DNA from: Parasitella parasitica NRRL 2501
Taxonomy: Eukaryota > Fungi > Mucoromycota
NCBI GenBank assembly: GCA_025201805.1
Contig: MU619293.1
Span: 69,613 to 133,612 of the forward strand
DNA length: 64,000 nt
Direction of reading: 5' to 3'
Within the stretch, counting starts at the first letter, position 1; every line of letters starts with the position of its first letter. Below, piece by piece: positions 41,794 to 54,881 of this stretch. The position numbers were made by a program, and so were the translations under genes. The notes under the pieces are model-generated. The model had not been told where the DNA came from and did not search any database. It worked only from the letters and a program-made list of their open reading frames with translations.

Positions 41794-43117
41794 TTAGTCG
41801 GATTCCTCTCCTGAAGATTCCTCCTCGGCATTTTGAACCCATTCCAAGAAGGGAGCAGCCTCCTTTTTGACAGCCTTAGAAACACTGATATCAACATAAC
41901 GCTTGGTGGCCTTCTCGCCCCACTTGATAAAAGCCTCATCTTCAATGATATCACAGTCATAAAGTTTCATCAAGATGATAGGTACTTTTTTCAAAAGAGT
42001 GTCCTTGAAATCAATGCCAACGAGACGTTCAATACCGCCAAGAGTGGCTCTTTGACATTTCTCATCAAGAATAAACTTTTCTAGCAGTTTGGAGCGTTTC
42101 GGGATATCAGCGATAATATTCTCGTCAAAGACAACTTGAGCCAGTACTTGGCAAGCCTTGGATTTACCGAAAACACCCAATTCTTTAGCCTTGTCAATGA
42201 TAACATCATCATCAGAGGACTTATTATCTAGAAGCCAGATACCAAACTTTTCATACTTGTTCTCACCACCTTCCTCGTCATCATCAGCAAAAGCACCAGC
42301 ACCTTTGACTGAGAGTTCCTTCATTCGTTGAGCAACAGCAGCCTCGCTAGTGTCTTCGGACCAGTCTTCAAGAGCCAATTTACTTTCCATGTTGAGGCCA
42401 GCGGCTTGCTTTTGGATGCGTTGAGAAATAATATCATCGTCGCCGTCACCGTCAGCAAGATTGCTGTTATCAGCGTCCTCGCCCGTGTTGTTGGCTTGGG
42501 CAGTGGCAGCCTTACGTTGCTTACGGAGGTCTTTGGCTGCAACGGCGGGAGGGTTCTTTATAATAAAAGTCGAGAGCTTGTGTTTTATGTCAGCTGTGTT
42601 TCTAGCACCACAGGCTTTGCAGTCCATCAAGATTGCGTTATTTTTGACAATGATGTCAGTTTCGGGGTTCTTGCAGGATTGGCACAAGACGTATTTGTTG
42701 ATGAAGCCGTCGAGCGTGTCTTGAAGTTTGGAAGCGTCATGATCACCGTTTACAATGTAACGTTCTTTCTTGTCCTCGATTGTAACTTGAGCGCCAAGCT
42801 CACAACCGAAAAACTTGGTGGGGTCTGGATGGCATTTGAATGTCAGAGTTTTTACAGTGGAAATAAAAAAAAAAAAAATTTTTTTTTCCTATGGAGACTT
42901 ACATGAAGGAGGACGGGATAGCTGACGAGCAACTTCGGCCATGTTGGTGATGACCGTTTTGATGCCGTTACCTTTACCTTCAACCTGAGAAGCATATGTT
43001 AGGTTTCTCATAAGAGTAAACGTCCCCTGTTTGCTAATTTACCTTTATTGCAAGACTATGCATCTTGTAGCGATAGAAAGGATCGTCAACGTTACGTCTT
43101 ACATTGATGATGGCCAT
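41794..43117 (-). CDS. TIF5: Eukaryotic translation initiation factor 5
   Basis: [29 protein letters not shown], CxxC/CxxC zinc finger, acidic W2 domain ([12 protein letters not shown]); three coding exons. Confidence 0.96.
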
Positions 43118-44358
43118 GATGAGATAGTAAAAGTGAGTTTAGTGTAGAAAATAAGTGAGTGTGTTGAATGGGGCTGTAAAAGAGAGAAATTGCAAAGGGT
43201 TTCTTTTTTATACGGAAGGGATTTGGTTCTTCTTTTTGAATTTTAAAAAAGGATGTAATTGATGCTGCTCTATGCTGTCTTTCTGTTCGAATATCCGATT
43301 CCAAATCAATGACATGTACAAGCTTATACAACTTTTTTTTTTTTTTAAGCAAGGGGAGGATTTTCTTTTTTTTTCAAAAAGGAAGAGTAAATGGGTTCTT
43401 TTTTTTACAAGAAAAAAAAAAGTGTGTTGAGAAAAAGAAAGAAGAGCAATAATGCTGCGGCCAGATACGCATGCTGTTTATAATGTGTGACTAAACAAAT
43501 TCCATTGATTGGAAGAGAATGGCCTCGCATGGATCAAATGTTTACCCATTGGTATTTGCAGTATATTAAAATAAAATACGCATGGACAGCATTCAAATAC
43601 AATCTCCCCCAAAGCATCCTGATCTGAAATCATGCAAATTTTTGCCTGCGCTATTGATCCTGCTGCTGAGACTTTCTTGACCAAAGCATCCATACCGAAT
43701 TGACCAGCTTGCAAGGGAGTTTATGATCTCTTGAAAAAAGGCAATTAGCAGCAGGGCTCTGGCCCGAGCTTCTCTAATGGCGCATGCTTCAGCTCTTTTT
43801 TTTTTTTTTTTTTTTTTTNNNNNNNNNNCAAAAGCAGTTTATCAAACTATTAGCTTTCGGTAATGTCTGTAACACACATTCATCAGTCTGCCTCAAAAAT
43901 CACCCTCACCAGGAGAGATATCTCAATCGTGTCAAGTGAGGATTGAAAGGAAAAATACCTGTAACACACACCGGTAGCACATCATCCCCCTTCTCCACTT
44001 GCTCCTCTCTCCTTTCAAGAGATTCCTTTCATACATATTGATTGTCCTGAGACTTTAGACTTGACTACAGCAGCTTTGGCTCTAACGCTGAGCTGACTCG
44101 CATCCGTCAATTCAAGGTTGGGGCTGCGTTTTAGCAGTATGGCTGCCAGGCTCTATTCAATTGACACATTGTACAACGTAAACAAGAAAGTTCCAGGTTT
44201 GCTTAATTACGCTACGATATTTTGTCTGAAAAAAAAAAAAAAAGCGGAGAGAAATGTGTAAATTTTTGTTTCAGGCATAATATCCATAATAAATTAGTTG
44301 TTTATTTTTGGCACCATTTCTTTCTCTTTTTTTTTCTCTTTGTTCATATACATGGATT

Positions 44359-47300
44359 ATGGGCAGTTTCACTAGTAAAAATGAATCAGCAGGCAGTGTT
44401 ATTCCGGATTTATATGCTTCTGAGACAACCAATCAATTATTAAAAATACATTTAGCAAGTCAGAAAATCGCAGATGTGCTCAAGCATTCAAAATCCACTA
44501 CACCAGCTTACTCGATGTCCATGTCGAATGCAGATCAGCTTAAATCAGCCGATGGCCTTGGCAACCCGCAATCCATCTCTACACGCGTTAGGGTGGCACA
44601 ATGTAAAATACACGGCTTTGACACTCAGAGGGATGTAGCCGAAGGATTTCGAGAATTACAGCAACTGCAAGATCAGAAAGAAGCCCTTTATCCGTTGGCA
44701 TGCTACTACTATGACCAGAAAGAGTACTCGAGCGCGTATCAGTTATTCCACAAGCTTCGAAAGGACAATCATTTTGCTCAATATAGACTAGCACTCATGC
44801 TGTTTCTCGGACAAGGAGTGTCTACCAACCACCAAAAAGCATTTCATTATATGAAACTCGCAGCAAATAACAGCAACAAATACGCCCAATTCATTATGGG
44901 CTTCTATTACGAGTACGGCATATTTGTCAAACAATCAGCTCAAATATCAATGATGTGGTACGAGCAATCCGCAAACCAAGGTTTTGGGGAAGCGCAAACT
45001 GCAATAGCCAATCTATTGCTAAACCAGATTGATGTGGTGGGTGCTGATGGAAAGCTTGATGAATTATCAGACAAGGATCAGCTATTAAAAGACCAAGCGT
45101 TGCGATGGCTACATAAAGCAACAAGCCAAGTAAGGAAACACACCATCCATTTCAACCATGTTGTTCACATCAAAGAAAAAAAAAAAAAAAATAGGAAAAT
45201 GCAAATGCATTGATTCGATTGGGCGCTTTGCACGAAGAAGGCATTCTAGCAGAGAAAGACAACAAAAAGATTATCGAGTATTACACAAGAGCAACCAATG
45301 CGCCGTTTGTCTCTAGTTCGATGCTATCGCTTGCACACTACCTGATGGGCATCAATTACAGGTTGGGTGATCTCGGGCTTGAGCAAGATTTTCAAGCCGC
45401 ACTAAACCATTTGACATCATCTGCAGATGCAGGCTATGCGCCCGCGCAACGTGTTCTGGGATTGATGTACGCGCAAGGTATTGGCGCGCCTAAAGACAAC
45501 ATAAAGGCAATCATGTTGTTTGAAAAGGCCGCATGTCAGGGCGATATAAGGTCTTTGGGTCTTTTGGCGACCCACCAACCAAACAACCTGCCGTCGATCG
45601 CTCTACTCTACAAAAAAGCAGCTAAAGCAGGGTCTCTAACTGCGCAACTCTCACTTGCAGAACTGCTACAGCGCACGGGTCAGCATGCTTTAGCTTTCAA
45701 ATGGTTTGACGCAGCATCAAAAAACGTACCTGCTACTAACGACAGACAGCAAAAGGCCTCTATTTTGGACTTTAGCGTGGGCTTTGTTGACCAACGAAAC
45801 TTGGCTCGGCTGATGGTAGCACGCTATCGTTATAACGGCTGGGGTGGAGTCAAGCAAGATCGACGCTGGGCATTTGAAGAGTTTCGGACGCTGTCTAATA
45901 ACGGCTATCCCGATGCGCAGTATTGGTTAGCTGCCTGCTACGAAGAAGGTGTAAAGCGGGAACCGCAAGAGTCTGATGATGGTTGCTCATGGGTTGTTGA
46001 ACCTGATTTGGAGCGCGCATACAAGCTTTACAGAAAAGTGGCCGAAGCCGGCGACATGGACGGCCAGTTCCAAGTGGCCTACATGTTATCGAATGGGATA
46101 GGTGTAGCTAAAGATGTAAATGCGGCATTCTCGTGGTACGTCCAATCTGCTGAACAGGGCCACAAAACCGCACAATACAGCCTCGGCATTTACTATGAAA
46201 CTGGGCTTGATATCGCCGTCAACCTTGAAAAAGCAAAGCAATGGTATACGTTGGCAGCCAAAGAGCTACCCATGGCCATGGTCAGACTAGCCAAAGTCTT
46301 GCTTGGCTTGGATGATGACACTGAGGAAAACATACAGCAAGCGACTGACTGGCTAAACAAAGCGATCGAGAAGGGTGATGTAACTGCATTACGTGAACTA
46401 GCAAACCTGTACAAAAATTACGATTTACAGTCTTTAACAGCTTCAGACAGATACAGAACCGCGTTTGATTATTTCCAGCAAGCAGCAGACAGAGATGATG
46501 CACTTTCCTGGCATGCCCTGTTTAAATTCTATGACGGTTACTACAACACAGTACAGAACGTTGTTGTGCCTGAGGATTTTGAGAAGGCTGTCATGTGTTT
46601 GGAAAAGGCCGAGAGCTTGGGCTTTACACCGTAAGCTGTTTAAAATGCATGCAAGAATCGCCCTCTCATTATTGTACGATAGCGCCATCCTCGATCTAGC
46701 AGACCTTTACTACAGAAATGGGAAGATGGACGAAACCATGTCGATTTACTCCAAGCTGGCAGCATCAGAAGAAATGCAGCCAGTGATTGCCAAAAAGGCT
46801 CGCATTGAAGCAGCTAAAATTGTCGTGTTTGAGAAATACGGAGATGAGCATGACCAAACCAAAACGCATTCGAGGCTTCTAGACATTATCAGCCGAGAGA
46901 ACAGCAAACAATTGGGCGAACTTTGTGAGGTATATGAATTGTTGGGCTACTGTGCAGAGAATGGCATTGGAACAGAGATGAATAAGGACAAGGCCATCTC
47001 GTATTATATAGATTGCGTTATCGAACAAGATCAAGATCAGCAGAAGCAGCAGAAGCAGCAGCAGCAGCATAAACATTGGGCCAAGCAGAGAGCCTTGTGT
47101 AGACTCGTGTACAAGCACATGGGAGAAAAGGATTATCAATCTGCGTTTGTGTATTTAGACATGTTGGAACCTAGTCTGGATGAAATGAGCCAACTACCGT
47201 CAGAGGATGCAGCTATACAGTCGCGTCGTATGAAGTATTTCCTGGGCTACTTGTACATACACGGCTTAGGCGTCGAAAAGGACACTCGTGAAGGCTTATA

Positions 47301-49263
47301 CTGGTTATCAGACGCGGCAGACAAGGGAGAAGGCGACGCGGCCTTTGAGATTGGCATGCACCTGTCAAAGCATCAACAGGATAATTGCCAGCTAGAAATA
47401 CGACAGCGATTTGAGCAAGGGGCCTTGACTGGACATCCAGCTTGCATGCGAGAGTTGGCATTCCTGTTGCTGGATGACGAGGCAGATCAGTCCTTTTTGG
47501 ATGAAGATTACGACGGCGGCGCGGAGATCTTGGATCTTTTGCAAACAGCAAGTCAACTGGGCGATGTTAAAGCAATGTATCGGTTAGGACAGGCGTATGA
47601 AAACAGCTTGGGAGATGTGCTTCCTGAAAAAGACATTGAAAAAGCGCTTGAAGCTTATATGGACGCTGCTGAACACGGACATGAACAGGCCATGCTGCAA
47701 GTTGGCGATATCTTGGGTAATATCATGGGCCGACATCAAGAGGCAATGGAGTGGTTCGAAAACGCTGCAGACGAATTCGACAATATCAAGGCAAAAGTCA
47801 TGTTGATATCTTACAGCTTCCAAGGTCTGTCTACACGCGGCAGAGAACAGTCAAAGAATGAGCCGTTTTCTACTGACAAAAGCAACTTTGAGTATTTGCA
47901 AGAGATCGTCGACGGCGAGATCGAGTCAATGCAAATCCAGTTAGACCCAACCTGCAATGTTGGCGATCAACAGCACGACCAGCTCAAGTTGAGAAAAAGC
48001 GGACTCGGCCTAGCATTCTATATTCTTGGTCAGTGCCATGAACTGGGCAGAGGCACACCAGTCAACTTGCAGCAAGCCAAAGAATGCTACCATCGCTCTG
48101 CCCTGATCTCTGACCACGTAGATGCCATGTGGCGATTGGGTGTCATTCACTGTGAATTGGAAGACAATGACGCCAGTGCGCTTGAATGGTTCCGTAACGC
48201 AGCTGAAAAGGGGAAGCATCGCGAGTCCCATTACCGACTGGGCATTTTTCATTTGCACGGCTTAGCTGGCTTGGAGGCAAATATTGCAGTTGCAAAGAAG
48301 CACTTTTCTAAAGCTGCAGAGCAGGGACATCCCATGGCGACGTATGAGCTAGCGCGCATAGTATGGTATAAAGACGCGGATTATTTATATGGCCATGAGC
48401 TTTTCAAGGTCGCAGCTCAGCAGCTGCTTGTTCCCGAGGCTTTGAGAGAGCTGGGCAATTTATCGCATACAGGCTTTTCTGTGCACGGCATTGAGCTGTG
48501 TGAGCAAGACTACAAGGCTGCATTTGCCTACTACTGTGAAGCTGCTCAACTGGGAGATGCCGTTGCTGCACTGATGGTAGGCAACTACTTTGAAGGCGGC
48601 TACCTACAGGAAGAGCTAGAGCAAGACAGCGAAAAAGCTCTGCAGTGGTACGAATCAGCCTATCGATTGGATTGTGGGGGTCTCTCAGAATTAGCCATCG
48701 GCAAATTAAAGCACACAATAGCAGATACGATCAACGATCCCAAAGAAGCAGACGATATGAGAGAAGAAGCACTTGTTTGGTTTGAAAGCGCCGCGAAAAG
48801 TCTACCGGATGGCCCCAATTTCCCCGCTCGAGTTATGGTTGCCTTGTATTATATAAATGGGTGGGGCCGTAAAACACGAGACACAAAAGCAGGACTTTAC
48901 ATGTTGTTGGACATTATGGAATTGGGTGGCCAAGAAGCAATTGTGCTTATTGCCCAGTGCTATGAAGAAGGCGTTGGTGTCGAATATGACATGAGTAAAG
49001 CTTTTGAATATTGGAAAATGGCTGCAGACACCAACGATCCCAAAGCATTGGAGAGATTAGGTGATTTTTATGCCTTGGGCTTGACTGGTCAAACCGACAC
49101 ATCGTTAGCCAATGAATACTATGCTCGAGCCAAGACATTGGTAGACGCTGATAGCAGCAGACGGCATCGCGGATACTCTTTAGAATCATGTATTTTATCA
49201 TCAACATCATCAGCATCATCATCAGCATCATCAGCATCATTATCAGCATCATTTAGAAAATAA
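44359..49263 (+). CDS. Very large SEL1-like repeat protein (~1595 aa) with N-myristoylation motif
   Basis: Exons 44359-45129, 45195-46630, 46683-49263 join in frame; many AQYxLG..Y..GxGV..D...A..WY..AA.QG repeats; starts MGSFTS. Confidence 0.88.
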
Positions 49264-49449
49264 CGCATTGCATACCAGTATATAGATATCATTAAAAAAA
49301 AAAAAAAAAAAAAAAAAATACATTTATTCAAGGTAAACCACCCTTTGAAAATCGCAGCAGAACTGTTATGAAATGCTTGGCGTTAGACCTTTTTTCTTGG
49401 TTTCTTTTTTTTTTCCTTCTTTTTATTCTTCACCCCATACACACACAGC

Positions 49450-49840
49450 ATGTCTAAAAAACAACATGATTACTATTATTCATTCATTAGTCCACCCACT
49501 GAAGAGCCAGCTTCATCGTCTCGGCCTACTAATTCTTCAGCACCGCCAATAACGGATTCATTTACACGGCCTCCCCCTTCATACGATAATGTTGTGATGC
49601 CTACAAATGCACCAGGTTTCCAGCTAGCACCACCCCCAAACAAGCCAAATTTCGATGGCTACGTATTGGACGCTTCAGTTCCCCCATTTAATCCAAATGT
49701 CATGCCATCCGTGTCCATGCCAATGCCCAGTAACAGTATACCACACAACACAAGCGACTACGGCCAGCTCAACCAAGACGACTTTAGCAGTAGACCTAAT
49801 GCGCCCTTACTCTCAGTGATCGAAGCGGATCATGATGATG

Positions 49841-49875
<35 letters not shown>

Positions 49876-50780
49876 GATGATGGTGATGATGCATTCCGTG
49901 GAAGACCAGCACCGCCTGGATACTCACTCTACCGAGCCAAATATGAAATTGTTCGAGATGGAATTATATCCCGTGATAGTCAAATCAACCAAGATGGTGA
50001 AGCTTTACTTCAATTTTTGTGTCAACACAACAAGCCACCTCGCATGCTGATTCATTTCTATGGTAAGTTTATTACTGCGGCATGTCTGTATATTTCTAGC
50101 TGTTCCAACTTTGCGCACCAGGTTACCACGAGGAGACAGTTTGGGTTTCGCAGAGCACTCGAAACCAAGATGGAGATCTTGTGGAGGAGCGAGTACCATC
50201 AACAAGGCGCATAGACGATTTCGAATTCAATATCGACTGCAGTGAAAACATTTCAGATGTGTGTCAAGGCATCTACGTATTGCCCAACCCAAAAACAGGA
50301 GAGCAAAAGACACTGCGACAGTTATGCGACCAGTACTGCCACTCCAAAAATCGCTTGAAAGAACTCAAACTGACAAAGCACGTTGACTGGGATTACAATG
50401 GATTGACACGGGCGTTGACTGCAGCCATTCGAGATTCAGGATTCTACGAAAATGTGGAGATTTCGTATGTCCTGGAGAACCAAGAAATTGTAGTCAAAAC
50501 TGACTTCAGCATTTCACGATGGGCAGATAACCGATGGATCAAATTATTCCTCATCCTGTCTTGTCTCTGGATCATTGTATATCCCCTGATCTGGCTTTCC
50601 AAGGAAAAATTTGGCCATTCTGATCTGAAAAGCGCCTGGAATATGAGCATTTCAGAAAGAGATTGGTATGGTCTTCATATTCACGAGGTTATCAACTCCT
50701 GTCGTGGCAATTATATTACTGGTGGAGGCAGATTCTTCAATAAGAGACCATCGACGTATCCGGTCAATATGAAATTGTAA
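49450..50780 (+). CDS. Uncharacterised fungal membrane-associated protein with PPxY motifs
   Basis: Exons 49450-50062 and 50121-50780; Pro-rich N-terminus with PPSY and PPGY, polyN from (TAA)n, hydrophobic segment WIKLFLILSCLWIIVYPLIWL. Confidence 0.75.
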
Positions 50781-51520
50781 CTAAATGCGAGTCTGCCAGA
50801 TTAGAAAATCATTACATTCTTGAATATTATACTAGCAAGTTGAAATATAAGAAACCATGTCATACAATGCTGTGAGCATACTTGTTTCAAATCATTGTAT
50901 AATGTATTGCTCTCTTCAGAAGCAGTGTACGCTGGAAAGACATCACGGTTAAGCGGGGATTGAAAACAGCCTCCTCCTCCTTCTCAGTTTAATGGCGATC
51001 ACTTTTGAGGAAAAAATGGTCGTCGTTTTTCACCTTTAAAGTATTTCATCAAGTCAATATGTATAACAAACTCCTCAGTAAATTGAATGTTTTATATAGA
51101 AATTGACGAGATTTGTATGAAACAATTTTTTTTCTTAAAAACAACAAAGTATTAACTTCATTAGAAAAAGTTAAAAAACAAAAAAAAACAAAAAAAACAA
51201 AAAAAAAGTATTTCTGAAGAATAAATCAAAAACAGGCAATGTATTCAAGCACTCCAAAAATAAAGGCAACGGAATGAAAAAAGACACTTTGATGGTTGGT
51301 TTTTGCCAGTAAATATGATAGTAAAAAGATTCATTTTTCAACCTAAAAGTTGCATTTTGCATTTTGCTGATGCTCCAAAGGCTCTATTTTCAGTAGATCA
51401 ACAAGTGAATCTCAAATCACTCGTGACTTTATATCAAACTTTTCAAAGGAAGCAAATTACCATTAATCAAGTCGATTGCTTCTTAGTTAGTTTTCCCAAG
51501 TTGGCTGTATTCCTGTGAAA

Positions 51521-52066
51521 ATGACTTCTATCGATCCTAACCAAACTTTATACGTTACAAATTTAAATAGTCGCATTACAGTCGAAGGTAATTTTACAAG
51601 AATTTTTGCGTTTCACATCGCGTGCGTTTTAATGACTAGCTATACGGCAGAGCTTAAGCTATCTCTGTACGGGTTATTCTCCACATACGGACCCATCTTG
51701 GACATCACAGCCAAAAAGACAGAAAAGATGCGCGAGCAAGCTTTTATAGTGTATGACAATGTTGCTTCTGCAACCACAGCCAGGAGAAGCTTGAATGGAT
51801 TCACATTTTTCGAGAGGCCCATCGTAAGCGCACGATTAACCTACTTGGACCCAAGCACTAACAGTAGTCGATAGAAAATCGAATACGCAAAGACAAAATC
51901 AGACGCTATCGCCAAGTTGGACGGTACGTTTAGACTGAGGACATACAAAGATAAATCTGGAGATGAAGTGGGTGTGGCAAAGAGAAGCATGAACGAAGAC
52001 GATGCTGAAAGATCTTCGAAAATGGCTCGAACAGAGAGCGATGACAGCGATGAAGACCATGCATAA
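51521..52066 (+). CDS. U2B''/U1A/SNF-family single-RRM snRNP protein
   Basis: PNQTLYVTNLN, LKLSLYGLFSTYGPILDI, KMREQAF, IEYAKTKSD; exons 51521-51587, 51651-51823, 51875-52066. Confidence 0.85.
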
Positions 52067-52428
52067 TTACATTCAATTTATATACAGTATATACATGTGA
52101 AATAATAAAACCGTTGAAAAATGAAGCTTGTTGCTGACTGAATTCGATCAAACACCGGGCCTTTCTTTCTTGTTTTTCTTTGTACATGTACATCTTGCCA
52201 GTGGTTATGTCAAAAAAGTATCTGCCCATTGCAGTATTATGCTGCGGTTTCCTTCAAGATCACTCAACAAAGAGCATCGATTTGACAGTAGGAGGGCATA
52301 ACATCAAGCGGGGCCAAGTGCAGAAGATCCAGATGTTGCGCCGTTTGAACGAAAACTATTGCACAAGAAGACAGAGGTGCGCGTTTTTCCCTTTCTTCTA
52401 AGTATATATCACACTAAATAATCAGCAA

Positions 52429-53536
52429 ATGCACTCGTATCTTGTTATCGGTGGCAATGGATTCTTGGGCCAGCATGTTCAGGAACAAATTCGGCTTCGC
52501 CAAGACGGCTCTACCATTGCCGTCTTTGACATGTCTGAACCCAGAGAGCCCAAATCTGATGTAAAATACTTTACTGGCGATCTTCGTAAGTTTGAAGATG
52601 TCTATAATGCCCTGGAGGGAATTACTGCTGTAATTCATACTGCTTCTCCGCCTCATGTCAACACAAGCAACCCTCCCCGCGATCTTTATTTCAGCATCAA
52701 CGTTGAGGGTACCCTGAATGTCATCAAGGCCTGCCAGGAGCAAAGGATTAAGGTTTTGGTAGTAACAAGCTCAGGCAGTGTCATTTCAAACGGTGAGCCA
52801 ATGGTCAACATTGATGAAAGCGTGCCGTATCCTCCGAAAGCTATCGATGTTTACACTGAATCCAAGGTAAATCACTGCGTCAATTTAGGCGAGGATTATA
52901 TCTGATTTTTAGTAGATGGAGTGCGAGAAGGAGGTGTTAAAGGCTAATGGCCAAGGTGGTTTGTTGACCTGTACGATTCGTCCCTCTGCTATTTTCGGTC
53001 CTGGGGATAGACAGCTTATTCCTGGTATGCTTGAGGTATGTGAACGTGGCCAGCACCGGTTCCAAATTGGAAACAATCAGTCATTGATGGATTTTACCTA
53101 CGTTGGAAATGTTGCGTACGCACACGTCCTTGCTGCCGAGAAATTAACGATTCCTGATTCTGGAGCTGCTGGTCAAGCCTTCAATTTAACTAATGGTACG
53201 CCTGTACCCTTCTGGGATTTTGCCTCTCGTGTCTGGGCAGAGAATGGCTATTACATGCCCAACAGCAAAAAGATTATCTTGTCCTACAACGCAAGTATGG
53301 TGATTGCTCTTATTGGAGAGACAATCTTTAGCATCAAAGAGCTGTTTTGGGATAGAAGTCAGCTTAAGGAAGGGTTGTCTCGTGCCAGAATCAAGCAAGC
53401 AATGTCATCCCGTTACTTTGATATTTCAAAGGCTAGAACCATCTTGGGCTACGAGCCTAAAGTTGGGCTTGACGAAGGCATCAAGATCAGTGTTGCTCAT
53501 TATAAAGCGAATCACCCCATTCAAGCCAAGAAATAA
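52429..53536 (+). CDS. ERG26: Sterol-4-alpha-carboxylate 3-dehydrogenase (NSDHL)
   Basis: GGNGFLG, IHTASP, YTESK catalytic YxxxK, IRPSAIFGPGD, DFTYVGNVAYAH; one intron 52868-52915. Confidence 0.9.
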
Positions 53537-53613
53537 CAACGTTTACACACACACACACACACACACGCCTTTTAAAAACATATCCCATTTCTTTATTGAT
53601 TAATCCATCATTA

Positions 53614-54881
53614 TTAATAATTGCTCCAAGCATTTGCGTTATCTTGCTCTTTAGTCTCGACTTCCTCTTGTATTTGCATTTGAACATAGGCAAGCTTATC
53701 GACTAGCGTTTTCATTGCCATAGTTACAACCTCTTCGGGTGCTAATGATCCAACAGTCTCTGCTTCAAAGTAGAATTTGTCTGGTTTGGCGTTATAATCA
53801 AATGCTAATAAAAAGAAGGGGGGGGGGGGGGGGGGGGGGTTTAGTCGATTGTTAACGCTGTATGAAATCTCACTACGTACGAGCGTCTTTGTCGGGTGGT
53901 GTTTCGAACTGTGCATTTTTACTCAACGGCCTAAATGAGAAGTTCAACATTAAACCGCACTCATGAGCATCTGTATCAATTTACCATTCATCCTCTGATT
54001 CCTCGAACCAATATGTGGTGTGTCGTAATTTATTGTACGGGTCGTATTCAAAAGACACGCCACTGACAGGGCTCCATTTAGCATGTTCTTTTGCGACACC
54101 CTATCATGCAGTTAGTCTTTCTGTGCCTGCCTTATACATCTCATCCTGCTAACCTTTTTGGCGATGCATTTCAACTTCAATTCATGTCCTTTACGCAATT
54201 TAACCAGCAGTACGCCAGAATCGTCTTTGTCTAGAAATGCATGCAAACTAAGTCGTGTCGTCTATACAGATATATGTTCATTGTCCTTTTTTACCTTGTA
54301 AAACTGGCATAAATGAAGGATTAGATGATGAGAGATCTCTAGTGGTAACATCTTTTGTTCTGTCATCGGTGCATTTAACATGAAGTGTTAATTCTACTGA
54401 ACAATCAGGGCAATATTGAGAACATGTACAATCCTACATGAGCCACTACGTTTTAGTTGGTGCTGTCTATACATAGAAATTTACTGGTATTTACTCTAGT
54501 ATAACGTAATTTGTCTACATCTCTACTGTCGATAGCAACCATGCCAAGACGATGCGCTAAAAACTCGTCGGCAAGGACGGTGGTATTTGTCTCAATTTCA
54601 ACCATATCAATAGCTGGCAATCAGTGAGTTAATAGGTTGCCAAGAAATCAGAGCTGAATTGTCAATTCTTTACCAACTGTAGGAACCTCGGCAATCATAA
54701 CTCGACGAAGAGAGTTGGCAACACTATTATCTCTACTATTTAACATGCAAACACGTATGTTGCTATGTATTAAAACGTACCTCAAGTCAGTATCACTTAA
54801 TATAAACGTAATACGATCTTTGGTGAGCTCTCTGATAGTAATGTTTGGGCCACTAAGTCCATATGAGCTTCCGATATCCAT
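53614..54881 (-). CDS. RPB3: RNA polymerase II subunit RPB3
   Basis: [62 protein letters not shown]; multi-exon. Confidence 0.96.

Noticed and set aside
42328-42906. 192-aa plus-strand ORF antisense to eIF5 (and similar shadows over OPT, POM152 and SEL1)
   Set aside because: Typical antisense shadow ORFs caused by codon bias; no independent motifs
43829-43900. Hammerhead-like CTGATGA...GAAA on the minus strand
   Set aside because: Stem II does not abut GAAA (extra TACC), stem III is minimal and there is an insertion before stem I, so the catalytic core geometry is not met
43920-44155. Short matches to 18S rRNA (CCGTCAATTC, TCTCAATC.TGTCAA, CAGGCTC) suggesting a snoRNA or rRNA relic
   Set aside because: Matches are at most ~11 nt, not collinear with rRNA, and lack adjacent D boxes; compatible with chance
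52250-52275. ATCACTCAAC as a sterol regulatory element upstream of ERG26
   Set aside because: Single copy with two mismatches to the SRE consensus; too weak
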